A DNA stretch of 49,450 nucleotides, the filler included, from Trypethelium eluteriae (lineage: Eukaryota), in the NCBI GenBank assembly GCA_051942245.1. It is 2 parts of 2 records of this genome, joined end to end, with 100 filler letters (N's around TTAATTAATTAA, not from the genome) between each part and the next. Parts side by side here need not be neighbours in the genome. Positions count along the whole stretch, not along the records: positions 1 to 24,683 come from JAVECL010000396.1; positions 24,784 to 49,450 come from JAVECL010000397.1. One strand, written 5' to 3'. Shown in pieces: positions 13,641-24,797 of this stretch. The first letter of the stretch is position 1. The number at the start of each line of letters is the position of its first letter. The position numbers and the translations under genes are program-made. The notes beneath the pieces were generated by a model. That model searched no databases and had not been told where the DNA came from. It saw only the letters and a program-made list of their open reading frames with translations.

Positions 13641-16600
13641 CTACAAGAGTGCTGTCCCGGCTTTCCCACCGAATTCCTTCAAGCCCTCCCATTCCATCTG
13701 ACAGCTTCCGCAATACTCCTGATACCATTTTTCAAGCCCATCTTCCTTTTCGCCGCCCACATCTCCAAACGCGACCTGTAATCGATCTCTCTCGTCCTTC
13801 CCATAATTCTTCGAGTTATTTGAAGTACCATTCGCCGTCTCACTTAACATTACCTCTAGTTGCCCACATCTTCGGACTTCGTCCCTGAGCCAAGCCTCCC
13901 ACTCTGCCTCCACAACCTCCCGCTCAACCCTATTCACTACTCGTAGTGCCACCAACAAATCATGCCGATAACCACCCAACGCACTTCTCGTCCTCTGCAA
14001 CCTCTTTGACGTCTGCCTCGCGCCACCCCTCGACGATGTGCCCAATTCCGCTCCACCTACTGCCGCAGGGTCTGCCGCACTCACAAGCTGACTGAACGTA
14101 TTCACACACTTGCTTCCCCCTCCCACCGAATCTCCAGCATCGACGGACACCACGCTCGTATTCCCCGCCCACTCCTCCACATCCATAACCCACACCGCTC
14201 TTGCCATCACCCCATCCGGCCTCACACCAACTCGTCTCATAAACCCCACCGCATCCCTCTCCCTCCACCACCTCCACCCCTCCCGCTGCCCCGTCCACGC
14301 ATTCACCGCCAAACTCACCACCAAAGCAGCCACCAGCACCGTATGCGCCGACAAAACCTGCAAGACGCCCTTCAGCAGCATCCCCAAAACATCCAACAAC
14401 ACCTCAACGACCCTCCTCCCGCCCCTCAACATCATCTTCCTCGTCGCGCCAAGCACCAGCCCCGCAAGCGAACGCTGCCGAATCCTCAGCCTTCTTGTCG
14501 ACTGCAGCGGCGGAATGGCCGTCGCATCGACCACGGGCGCTGTCTCCCGCGCGAGCCCGATATGGCCGAAGATCTGGACGGCCTTGTTGGTGCGAGTGCG
14601 CGGGCCGAGGCGCGCGACCTGGCTGGCGACGAGGTCGGCGAGGTCGAGCGCGTCCAGCGCCATCTCCGTGCGGGCTTGCGTGTCGATGAGGCGCGCTTTC
14701 CAGGCGGGCATCGCGCTGGTCCAGTCGGAGCGCGTGAAGATGGCGATTTTGCAGCGGGCTTTGGAGACGTGCGTGATGATGAGTTTGGTGTGGAGGAGGA
14801 AGGAGGAAGGGTAGGGGAGGTGCCAGGGGGCTTTTTTGTCGGTGATTACGTAGCAGAGGTGGTCGTTGAGGACGTCGATTAGCTGGTAATCGATGATTTG
14901 GGGGGAATGGGAGGGTTGGGAGAAGGTTTCGTAGGTGAAGGAGCGGCGGAAGTGGGTGGACTCAGGTTGGGTCCAAGGAGATTGCACGATGCCTGAGTTT
15001 AGAATTAGTTCGGTTGGGCAATATGGATGGTGATGTAGGTATGGCTTACGATTCGCCCATCTGTCTTTGTACAACATCTGGAAGACTGCACTCCTATCCC
15101 CGAACATAGTATGAAACAAAGCCTTCGCGCTGACATCGAAGATCTTCTCCACTGCTGGAGGACCGAATCCCTGAGGTGCGTAGAGTACGGGCTGGCTAGG
15201 CAATTTGAATTTGGTGACATCTTTAGCGACGGTAGGTTTCTGCGTCTCCCCGTACAGATTTCCATCGATGCGAATTGTACCTTTTACATCGAGATCACGG
15301 CGGTTAGGCGGTCGGTCGTCTCGGTCACCCTCTACATTTGGTGATTGCAAGTCTTCCCAGCTTCCAACGCTGGGACTCTGACCTGGATCCTCAGTCTCCA
15401 TCTTGATAAGTGTCTTTAGGACCTCTTCGATTGATGCAGGTTGTTCTGCACTGCAATTGCGAACAAGGTAGTTCAATCGTTTCTGAAGAAGCCGGAGAGG
15501 CTCCAGAAAGGTTTTGATAGTTATGCGAGTGAAGTCGCTCTGTCGTGCTTCCTTGAAATGCAAGAAGAGGAAGTCACAGTCCCGACCTGGAGCAGCAGTT
15601 ACCTCCGATATCGAGGCGAGACTGACACCTGAGATCAACACTAGACCGATATGATGGCTATAAAAATATATCTCGTTGACAGTCACGTATACTCTTCCTG
15701 GAAATTCCTGTTGATCATTCGGATTCCAAGTTGCTCTGAATACTAACACAACCCTCTCCGCCCTGGGAACATTCGGAAAAAGTATTCTGAACTGCGCGTC
15801 TTGTGCTTTTAGCGGCAAGGGATAGTAATTGGGATAATCTTCCTTGGTCGGACCAGATATCAATGGTGCCGACTTTGGGCCTGTTGCTAAATCATCACCC
15901 ACACTCAATGTCTTGCGATGGACCAACGAGCCAGGTGACGGATCTCGAGATCCTGAGGTAGATCGAATGCCATCTGCGGCTCCGATGGAAGCTCCTATGT
16001 TTGGTCCAGGCGTCTGCGGAGGTCTAATTACGGGAGTTGCTGGTGGAGCCAAAGACGGCTTTCCTTGCCTATCAGGTTTCTCTTGGGTTTGATTGACTTC
16101 TCCACGCTCAAGACGATTGATGTAGCCCCAGTTCGTACTACCCCACATGTTGGCCATAATACCACCAGGCATGCCTCCAGTCCTATCTGTGCGTCCAAGC
16201 CCAATTCCTCGCTCACCACTGACTACGACAGCCATGGTGCTGAGGTTCGTGGGAGCAGGAGGATTTGCTAAGGTCGAAGGCGCAAGAGAACTCGTTGGCA
16301 CATTGCCACCAATTGTGGCCTTCGAGTCCAAAGTAAGTGGTTGTGGTCCTTGAGGTCCAACCGGCAGAACAATGTGGCTTGCGGAGATTAGGCTTGCAAT
16401 TCCACCGCCAGTGATAGGCATTCCGGTCAACTGAGGCGTTGCTGTCGACTTTCGGTGCAGATCAAGTTTCTGGATGATTCGTGCTGCGTGATCTCGACTG
16501 CTTTCCTTCTCCCGCTCGGGTTCCCGTGGTCTTTGGGTTGCCGAGACATCAAAACTGCTCCTCGAAACCAAGGTGTCCATAGGTGCTGGGGCACCGAGTC

Positions 16601-18082
16601 CAGTCGCTGCGCGCTCAAGTCCAGCAAATTCGTCACTGCCTTGAACAACATGTCCCTCGGATGTTTTGACCGCAAACTCGGGGGCTACAGGAGGACTGAT
16701 AGCAAATGCAGGGTCGACACCACTGTCTGACGTTGGTTTGTCAGTACTTGCAGGATCTTCCAGAGCCTTTCTTTTTGCGACTTCAAATGCTTGGATCCAG
16801 TCCGTCAATTCTGTCTGCGTTTCTGCTTGCAATATCACTGTGGTATCTTTGGTCTTGACTTCAAAGCAAAAGCGACGTTCTTCATGGAATGCGGGTCGGA
16901 CTGAGCATAGTAGGACGCCAGTCTTCTCACTCTCTTCAACACCGCCAGATCGCAAGCCTTGAACTAGCCAACCAAAGATGCCATTCTTAACAAAGAACCA
17001 TCTTCGCACCCAGACCGTCCGAGTTGGCTTGCCCGTCACAGTTTTGAGCATTAGCCAACTTTGTTTCTCTGACTTCTCTTGGCGCGGTTTTGCAGTAGCT
17101 GGTGTATTAGATCCCAGTGCCGGTGAAGCAGCTCCCAGGAATGGTACGGTTGAAGCTGCATAATCTTCCAATTCCCTTGAGGGTCGGACAGTGCTCTCGG
17201 CATTTTGTTCGATTTGCTGCCGTGCTTGTTGAAGCTCGCGTCTGAATACTCTTTCTCCATTCTCCATCTCTTTACTCCAACCACGGACACGCTCCATTTC
17301 TGTACCTTGTTTGCCAAAGCCGTTTGCGATTGACTCACCAGCACCCTTCATTTCGCGCCACTGGTCGGAGAATATCTTGACCAAGAGCTTATCCAGCGTG
17401 GCTCTTGTCTGCGGCGCTGCAACACAGAAATCCATAGACGCCCGTAAATATGCTTTTCTTGCTTCGTGGAGCTGGAAGGCATCCTCCCTGAGACTCGAGG
17501 CCTCTTCAGTCTTCTTGCGCCCCATGTATCTTGCCAGCAAACTGTCGAAAGTCCTCTGCGTTTGATCTAAAAGCCGCCTCGTCTCTCTAAGCTGCCTCAA
17601 GTCTTGATTCAAAAATGTTCGGATCGGCTCGATGACGGCGCCTTCGCTCTTCTTGATGCCCCGCAACGTACTGTTCCAGAATTCTTTGGAGCCCTCGCCA
17701 TATTTTTTGAGCGCCACGAGCGTGTAGTCGTGGTCAAGAACTGCCTCTGATATTTGGGATGGCGGAGAGGATGACGAGAGGAAGGCATTAACAGCAGACT
17801 CGAGGGCGATGGCTTCATGCGCAAGCTTCGAGGCCGACCGAACGTAGCTATCTAACCAGCGTTCAATGATGTCGATTTGGTCCGAGAAGAACAGAGCGGT
17901 TGCGCGAAAGGTCGGAGAGTCCCAGGCGGCTTCTTTGAGAATGACGGGGCTGGTAACTGATTAGTATTGAGGCTAGAATATGGCACAGCGCAGTCGCTTG
18001 CATGGACTTACATGAGATTCAATGGCTTGCCGACAGGAGTCAGCGAAGCCGGCGGGTGCTGAGCTGGCTGCTCGTCGACCAT
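13641..18082 (-). CDS. SIP3: Sip3/Lam1-family membrane-contact-site lipid-transfer protein (BAR-PH-GRAM-like-VASt-TM)
   Basis: ATG at 18082 with introns 18011..17950 and 15049..14993. BAR start LKEAAWDSPTFRAT, PH domain KPTRTVWVRRWFFVKNGIFGW...ERRFCFEVKT...LQAETQTELTDWIQAF, VASt-like FDVSAKALFHTMFGDRS, and a C-terminal hydrophobic segment. Confidence 0.9.
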
Positions 18083-18517
18083 CTTCAGCTATTTGCGTTG
18101 GAGGTGGTTATACGCAAAGGATAACCAAGTGTCATAACTTGGGCGTAGACATAAGCAGAAAGCTCCAAAAACTAGCAGAACTGCAACTGAAATGGGTATC
18201 TCGAAACAATTGGAAAGGGATGGCACGCGACATGGAAAAGAAATGTACTGTGTAGCACCCACCACCTAAGCTGTTGGTTGCGGCTCAGATCCCAGTCAAC
18301 TAGCTGCGGCGGGGGGGACTTGATGAGACCAGGATGTCGATTCACAACATCATCTCGTATAGAACCCCACTTGTTCGCAACTTCGCTGACCTATCTTGCA
18401 ATCTCAAGAGCCTCGCGGCATGAGAAGTGTCTTTTGGACTGTGCAAGATTCTTCAATGCCCTCCGTCACCAGAACCACTGAAAGGAGGTGACCAATAAGA
18501 AGCCCCGGAATTTCAAG

Positions 18518-21508
18518 ATGCGTCTACCAATCGCTTTTTCGCCCATTCCAGTGACGATCATCGTTGTCCTAGTCTACGCTGCTCTATTTGTTTCGCTCCT
18601 GTACACACACCTTGTTGTCCCTCCCAGTCCTTCGCGGGTCTCGACGTATCCTGCTGTCGATGGAGACGTCGCTTGGAGAGATCTGCAGGAGCTCAGTAAT
18701 GGCTTTCATCATTTCAATACACATAGGAACGATGAGATTCACAATTGGCTACTGCACCGTATAGAATCAATTTTGAGGAAGAACAAGGTGGAGTTCGACG
18801 CCAATCGTGCGGAAACCTTGATTGCTCATTCTCCTGCACCTGTTGTAGTGTTCAATGACAGGACTTCGAATGTCTCGGTATCCCGTGATACGTCCAGTAC
18901 TTATTTCGAGAGCACAAATATCATTGTGTACATCAGAGGGACCGATGATGAGAATGAAGACTGGTGGAAAGCTCACAAACCTTACAAGGGTCAGGGTGGT
19001 GTCTTGGTCAACGCTCATTACGATAGTGTTTCCACGGGGTTCGGAGCAACTGATGATGGTGCTGGGGTTGTGACCGTTCTTCAACTAATCGCACATTTCA
19101 CCAGCGAGGGAAATCGTCCAAAGAGAGGTATTGTGGCTTTGCTCAATAACGGCGAGGAAGACTTCCTGAACGGAGCCTATGCATTCGCAAAACATCCATT
19201 GTCCCAGTTTCCACGGTCTTTCCTAAATCTTGAAGGTGCTGGTTCTGGCGGAAGGGCGACCTTATTCCGATCTACTGATGCTGAAGTCACCAAGGCATAT
19301 CAAAAGAGCCCATATCCATTCGGAACGGTAATCAGTGCTGATGGCTTCAAGAGAAGACTCGTTCGAAGTGGTACCGACTACCAGATTTTTACGAGTATCC
19401 TCGATATGCGAGGACTTGACGTAGCATTCATGGGCCCAAGATCCAACTATCATACCGTGCGTGATGACACAAAACACTCCTCGTTGAACTCGCTTTGGCA
19501 CATGCTATCAAGTTCCCTCGCAACTATGGGGGCTTTGACCTCGGAGGATAGCTTTGCTTTCGACAAAACGGAACAGGGAACAGAAACTGCTGGATCAGAA
19601 GGCGTGTGGTTCGATCTCTACGGGCGAACGTTTGCTGTTTTCAAACTCGATGCTCTCTTCGGAATATCCGTTGCTCTTCTTGTTGCAGGTCCATTGAGCT
19701 TGATAGCTTTGCATGTTACCTTGAGCCGGATAGGAAAGTGGTATCCATTTTCTCGAACACAGCCTCTCAGCTACGAAGACGCAGACGATACACTTCCGGG
19801 TCTTCCATTAGATGGATTCCGAGGCTTTTTTAGGCCTATCGTGACAATGATCATCTCCACCGCCGTTGTCGTCGCTTTGGCTTTCTTACTTGCCAGGGTG
19901 AACCCGTATGTAATCTACAGCCATGAATACACCGTGTGGACGATGATGCTTACGGCCTTCACTGCAATCTCATGGTTCTGTCTGCGAGCTGCCGATTCCA
20001 CCCGTCCTACAGCTCTTCAACGTTTCTATACACTCTTCTGGATGTACATTATCTCCTACATTCTTCTCGTCGGAGTTACGATTCTTGAACGGAACTTCGA
20101 CATTGCTGGCACGTACTTTATTGTTATCTATTCGGCTGCAATGTTCTTGGCACTACTCATTGCGTATTGCGAGTTCTTCTTCCTTCCAAGCAAGAATTCC
20201 TACGCCCAATTCATTGCTGAGAATGAAGATGCCTTTGGTCGAGCCGATAGCACAACGTCTAGCCGTGCCATTCCTCCACGTTCGCAGCATCATTCTCGCA
20301 GCCGAGAGCGCCTGAACACTAGCAATGATACCGAAAACGCAATAGAAACCACCTCTCTTCTCCGCGATGACCATGGCACCACTTCTTTTGCCGGCTATGG
20401 CGGCGCTCGAGGTTCTCGTCGCGCAAGTGGTCAGGCGTCTTCCACACTCGTTCCTACCGCCGCTCAAAATGATGATGACCCATACAACTCCGCGCTTGGA
20501 ACTTTTTACCCCAATGAGCAACCCTGGTCTGCTCGCCTGCCGTCCTATCTCTGGATGCTTCAATTCCTTATCCTCTGTCCCATTCCTGTAATCCTCACCG
20601 GCCAAATCAGTCTTCTACTGACATACGCCCTCCATCAGACTCCCGCGGACGGCAATCCTGTCCTCCAAATCTATCTTTTCCTTGCTGGCCTCACCTTCTT
20701 CCTCCTCACTCCTCTCCTGCCTTTCCTCCACCGCCTACATCCACACCTTCCCACCCTTCTCCTCCTCATTTCCATCCTCTCCGTCCTCTTCAACCTTCTC
20801 TCCTTTCCCTTCTCGGAGTCGAGCCGCCTCAAAACCTACTTCGTCCAGTACCTCGATCTCGACACAGGAATCAACCATGTCGGCCTCACAGGAGTACCAA
20901 AATACATTCACGACATTGCGTCATCGGTACCGTCAGCTGCAGACCAAGATCTCGATTGCCATGGCCTCGATCTCACGCATTACAGCGGCCTCCGCACCTG
21001 CCGCTGGCCCGGGCTGCCACCACGCAGTGTACCGAATTCCTTGCTCGGGCTTCCGGAGAGTGCCCCTCCGGCGCTGGGGTACAAGGACTGGCTCTCTGTT
21101 AATGTGTCGCGGGATCCTGGACATAACACAGCGAGATTTGAGGTACGAGGCAGGAACACTCGCGCATGTCGTATTCTCTTCGATCGGCCGATCTCGAATT
21201 TTAGTGTTGAGGGAGGAGAGCAGGACGATAATAGGTTTATACCGGTAGGGGAGAAAGGGAGCAGTCAGTTAAGGTTGTGGAGTAGAAATTGGGAGCGTGG
21301 GTGGAATGTATCTGTTGAATGGAAAGACAGCGACCAGGAAGAGGAGGCAAGAGGTATGGATGGGAAGGTAGTTTGCTTATGGAGTGACGCTAATCAAGCG
21401 GACGCGATACCTGCGCTAGAAGAGCTATGGCGTTTCATGCCAGTGTGGAGTACGGCAGTGAAGGGGGACGATGGGTTAGTAGAAGGGTCGAAGAGATTTG
21501 CTGTATGA
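18518..21508 (+). CDS. PFF1: Vacuolar membrane metalloprotease, peptidase family M28 (Pff1/FXNA-like)
   Basis: N-terminal TM anchor; M28 zinc ligands VLVNAHYDS, GATDDGAG, NNGEEDFLNGA, FLNLEGAG, SNYHT; multiple downstream TM helices and a C-terminal lumenal domain. Intronless ORF. Confidence 0.92.
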   Translation: MRLPIAFSPIPVTIIVVLVYAALFVSLLYTHLVVPPSPSRVSTYPAVDGDVAWRDLQELSNGFHHFNTHRNDEIHNWLLHRIESILRKNKVEFDANRAETLIAHSPAPVVVFNDRTSNVSVSRDTSSTYFESTNIIVYIRGTDDENEDWWKAHKPYKGQGGVLVNAHYDSVSTGFGATDDGAGVVTVLQLIAHFTSEGNRPKRGIVALLNNGEEDFLNGAYAFAKHPLSQFPRSFLNLEGAGSGGRATLFRSTDAEVTKAYQKSPYPFGTVISADGFKRRLVRSGTDYQIFTSILDMRGLDVAFMGPRSNYHTVRDDTKHSSLNSLWHMLSSSLATMGALTSEDSFAFDKTEQGTETAGSEGVWFDLYGRTFAVFKLDALFGISVALLVAGPLSLIALHVTLSRIGKWYPFSRTQPLSYEDADDTLPGLPLDGFRGFFRPIVTMIISTAVVVALAFLLARVNPYVIYSHEYTVWTMMLTAFTAISWFCLRAADSTRPTALQRFYTLFWMYIISYILLVGVTILERNFDIAGTYFIVIYSAAMFLALLIAYCEFFFLPSKNSYAQFIAENEDAFGRADSTTSSRAIPPRSQHHSRSRERLNTSNDTENAIETTSLLRDDHGTTSFAGYGGARGSRRASGQASSTLVPTAAQNDDDPYNSALGTFYPNEQPWSARLPSYLWMLQFLILCPIPVILTGQISLLLTYALHQTPADGNPVLQIYLFLAGLTFFLLTPLLPFLHRLHPHLPTLLLLISILSVLFNLLSFPFSESSRLKTYFVQYLDLDTGINHVGLTGVPKYIHDIASSVPSAADQDLDCHGLDLTHYSGLRTCRWPGLPPRSVPNSLLGLPESAPPALGYKDWLSVNVSRDPGHNTARFEVRGRNTRACRILFDRPISNFSVEGGEQDDNRFIPVGEKGSSQLRLWSRNWERGWNVSVEWKDSDQEEEARGMDGKVVCLWSDANQADAIPALEELWRFMPVWSTAVKGDDGLVEGSKRFAV

Positions 21509-22427
21509 CGTGGGAGGCTAGAATGTAAGCTCATTGACGTGAGGCGAGATCTGTGCCTCCAGAATCCATGCTCCAAAATTTCTATCGAACAATTTACTGA
21601 CCATATTCTAGTGAAACTTTAGAGCGTCCCTCCTTAAGCAGGGTTTTAATATATGGGAGTAACCTCTTCATTGATTCTTGGTACCATTTTCACGGAGGTT
21701 CAGTGCTCAATATTACGTCTAGATTTGCGCCCACGAAAACTCAAACATTCTCGATATTTCTGAGACAAATGCTCGATACATAACCAATGCGCGTGGCCAT
21801 GGCTATTCACATTTCGCAGTAATCATTCGCTCAATCTCTCGCCTTTCTCTACTTCTGGCTATTTTTATCTCAGCAATCAATGCGGCTCCCTTCTGTCCCT
21901 CACACTCAATAGCTTCGCTAGGGAAAATTTGGACGTATCGACAATAGCCACACCATCCGCAAATGCACTCGCAGCCCCAGACAGCTTGACAGAGGTCATA
22001 ATTAAAGGCTGCTATTCCCTGAGCAATATATGCCCCTGTCATCCGGAGATCAGGCGAAAGCATACGAAATTCAATGGGTAACATCTCATGTCCGCTCGCG
22101 CCAAATGTCCACCGACGTTGGGCAACACAGTGGCTTCCGGGCAAGGCGGCAGGCTGCCTAGTGAGCGCAGGATCTAGGCACGCACTGGCTATTCACATTC
22201 CATCTTTTCGGAAATACTCATGCTTGTGGGCTTCAATTTCTGATTTCTGTGAGAACGTGAGAACGCAAAAACATTCAACTAGCGAAAGGACACTATTCCT
22301 ACTCCTATAACAAATACCTTAAAACACGAAGTTCAGGAAAACTCAAAGATGGCTGGAAAGGGACTCAGCTGATTGATTGAGATCGCCATGTTGCACTACG
22401 CAGGTCTGTTTGTTCGGGCCCATAGAG

Positions 22428-22799
22428 AAAGCTTTCCGCCGAAAGATGCTGCCGGGAAATTGCACTTTTGATGGGGTGAGCCCAAACGGAATATGCTTCA
22501 ACCACTGCAAGCTCCCGAATGGAAGTCAACACAGTCTGCTCTGTTTGTATGAGCTCAAAGAAAATACGTTTCGACTAGAGCGAGCTTCCGAATAAAGCTT
22601 GACAGCGCCTGAGAGAGCCTGCCTCGTTTGTGCCAGCTCGAAGAAAATGATATTAACTGAAGCAAGCTCCCGTTCTAGAACCTACAGAGTCTGCTCTGTT
22701 GGTTTGAGCTCACAAAGATGTCTATGGTTCAAGTAAAGCAAGTTTCCGCGAAAAACCTCAACAGAATCTGGGGTTTGAGTAGGTATATGAGAAGCCAAA
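22428..22799. repeat. Degenerate tandem array of about five 73-82-nt units
   Basis: Units start near 22428, 22507, 22580, 22662 and 22738 with GCAAGCTCCCG-like heads. Units 22507 and 22662 share AGTCTGCTCTGTT..T.TGAGCTCA, and units 22507 and 22580 share AGCTC.AAGAAAAT. Confidence 0.7.
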
Positions 22800-22942
22800 G
22801 CAGCCTAAACAGAGAAACCAGATCGTGTCTTCCTATCCTTCCTGGAGATAACGTACAGAACTCTGAACAGTACGAGCCTCATCTTCGAAACTCAATCACC
22901 TCTTCGTCAAGATCATTGTTTCCCATTTCACCTGAGCACGTC

Positions 22943-24454
22943 ATGTCTGGCACATCTTTGTCACGTGTGCCAACCAGCTCTGAATGTTCTTTCACTGCCA
23001 TCAAACCAATCATTGTTGGCATCTACGGTACCAGTGGCTGCGGCAAGTCGTACCTGTTGACAAAGATCAAGGAAGCACTTGGCGATTACGACTTTGATTA
23101 CTTTGAAGGCTCAGAGGTGCTCGCCAGCCTTTTTCCGGATGGTGGTCTTGATGCATTCAAGAATCTCGCAAAGAAAGAACAGGACGAATCTCGAGAACGT
23201 GCTACCAATGGGATTCGAGAGAAATGTGCTAAGACTGGCAAGACCGGTGTCGTGGTAGGTCATTACATGTTCTGGTCGGAAGGCGAGACGAAGGGACAAG
23301 TTGTCTGGACGGAAAGCGACCAAAAAACATTCATTCACATCATCTACTTCGATGTTCCTGGCTTCCTCGCCTCTGAACGCCGTGGTAAAGACACTAGGTC
23401 ACGAGGCAAAGCATCAATCGAGCATCTGGAAAAATGGAGGAAGACTGAGGAGGCCGCACTGCGTAAGGTCTGTTACGATCACAGGATCCTGTTCTCAAGG
23501 CTCTTTGACAGCCCCGACGCCTCCGATCAAGATCGAATCCGCAAAGTAGTGCCACTACTCCGCCATTTTAAACAGCATTCGGAACAAGCGAACACGACCC
23601 AAGCCGAAAGAGCTCTAGACAAGGCTTTCAAGGCTCTGAAATCCAAAAGGAGCCAACTAGAACATCTCTTGATCGTTGACGCAGATAAGACGTTGGCTCC
23701 AGAGGATGCCGGTGACCTGTTTTGGGACCAGATCTCCACTGAACGAGCATGGACGGGTGAGAAATGGACTTGGAGAGAGATATTCAAAAGCCCAATGGGG
23801 TACAGCTATGAAGCGTTCCGCCAAGCAATTTTAGTGTGTGAAGAGGCAGTTGACGATACCAGTTTCGAGAAAACTTGTCAAACTGTTGCTGACCAGGTCA
23901 AACTATATCCACAGTTCAGATCGCTTCTGGGTCGAATCGGCAGATACAGACATGTAGGAGCGGTCGTTGTGACTTCCGGGCTACAACTCGTGTGGAAAAA
24001 AGTGCTGGAGAGAGAGGGCCTGGCTGAAATGGTTAAAGTGATCGGAGGGGGACGTATCTCAGACGGTTTTGTTGTCACACGTGAGGTGAGAGCAGCCCTG
24101 ACAGCTCAAGTGCGGGACACATATGGCCTTCACACTTGGGCATTTGGGGACAGTCCATTGGACCTGGGAATGCTTAAGAACGCTCACGTAGCCATCGTTG
24201 TGGTTGGCGAAGAACAGGCGAGAAGCAAATCGATGGAGGCCAAATTGCAGGGAGCGATCGAGCATGACAATCTTGAAGCCCGTCAGGTCTTACTACCTGG
24301 AACGGTCAAACCGCGATTGGATACTACCAAACTTCCCGTAATGGAGCTCACGGACCCGAAATTCATCGAATCGATTTTCGGACAAGAAATTGTATTGATC
24401 AATGCATCTCTCAAGAACGAAGAACCTGTAGCTCAATGTGTGCGCCATCCCTGA
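22943..24454 (+). CDS. P-loop NTPase/kinase + HAD-like phosphatase fusion protein (an in-frame upstream ATG exists at 22718)
   Basis: Walker A IVGIYGTSGCGKS; HAD motif I LIVDADKTL, motif II VVVTSG, motif IV WAFGDSPLDLGML. Intronless. Confidence 0.85.
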   Translation: MSGTSLSRVPTSSECSFTAIKPIIVGIYGTSGCGKSYLLTKIKEALGDYDFDYFEGSEVLASLFPDGGLDAFKNLAKKEQDESRERATNGIREKCAKTGKTGVVVGHYMFWSEGETKGQVVWTESDQKTFIHIIYFDVPGFLASERRGKDTRSRGKASIEHLEKWRKTEEAALRKVCYDHRILFSRLFDSPDASDQDRIRKVVPLLRHFKQHSEQANTTQAERALDKAFKALKSKRSQLEHLLIVDADKTLAPEDAGDLFWDQISTERAWTGEKWTWREIFKSPMGYSYEAFRQAILVCEEAVDDTSFEKTCQTVADQVKLYPQFRSLLGRIGRYRHVGAVVVTSGLQLVWKKVLEREGLAEMVKVIGGGRISDGFVVTREVRAALTAQVRDTYGLHTWAFGDSPLDLGMLKNAHVAIVVVGEEQARSKSMEAKLQGAIEHDNLEARQVLLPGTVKPRLDTTKLPVMELTDPKFIESIFGQEIVLINASLKNEEPVAQCVRHP

Positions 24455-24683
24455 TGTAATTGCTTTAGGAGTTAAGGAGAAGACTGGGGGAAGACATGGT
24501 AGAGTCGTACCCAAAATCCGGCCAGATTCCCAATTAAAGTGCCTGGAGATTGACCCACACCTCTTTACCGCACTAGATCATAGCATCATGGGGTCAGCTC
24601 CGAAGCAAAACGTTCCTCATATTCGGTCCTAATAATTTTCATCTAGTTACATGAAAATTCCCAAACGCCCTACCTCCCAGCCC

Positions 24684-24783
24684 NNNNNNNNNNNNNNNNN
24701 NNNNNNNNNNNNNNNNNNNNNNNNNNNTTAATTAATTAANNNNNNNNNNNNNNNNNNNNNNNNNNNNNNNNNNNNNNNNNNNN
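24684..24783. other. Assembly gap with an artificial six-frame-stop linker
   Basis: 44 N + TTAATTAATTAA (24728-24739) + 44 N = 100 nt. The linker has stops in all six frames. Confidence 0.95.
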
Positions 24784-24797
24784 CCTTCCCCTCCCCT

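Noticed and set aside
22428..22799. Repeat array considered as a CRISPR array or hammerhead-type ribozyme cluster
   Set aside because: The context is eukaryotic, the repeats are too degenerate with no repeat/unique-spacer organisation, there are no cas genes, and no CUGANGA/GAAA core is seen.
24728..24739. TTAATTAATTAA palindrome inside the N run
   Set aside because: It is placed exactly between two runs of 44 N and is an artificial six-frame-stop scaffolding linker. Adjacency across the gap is therefore not proven.
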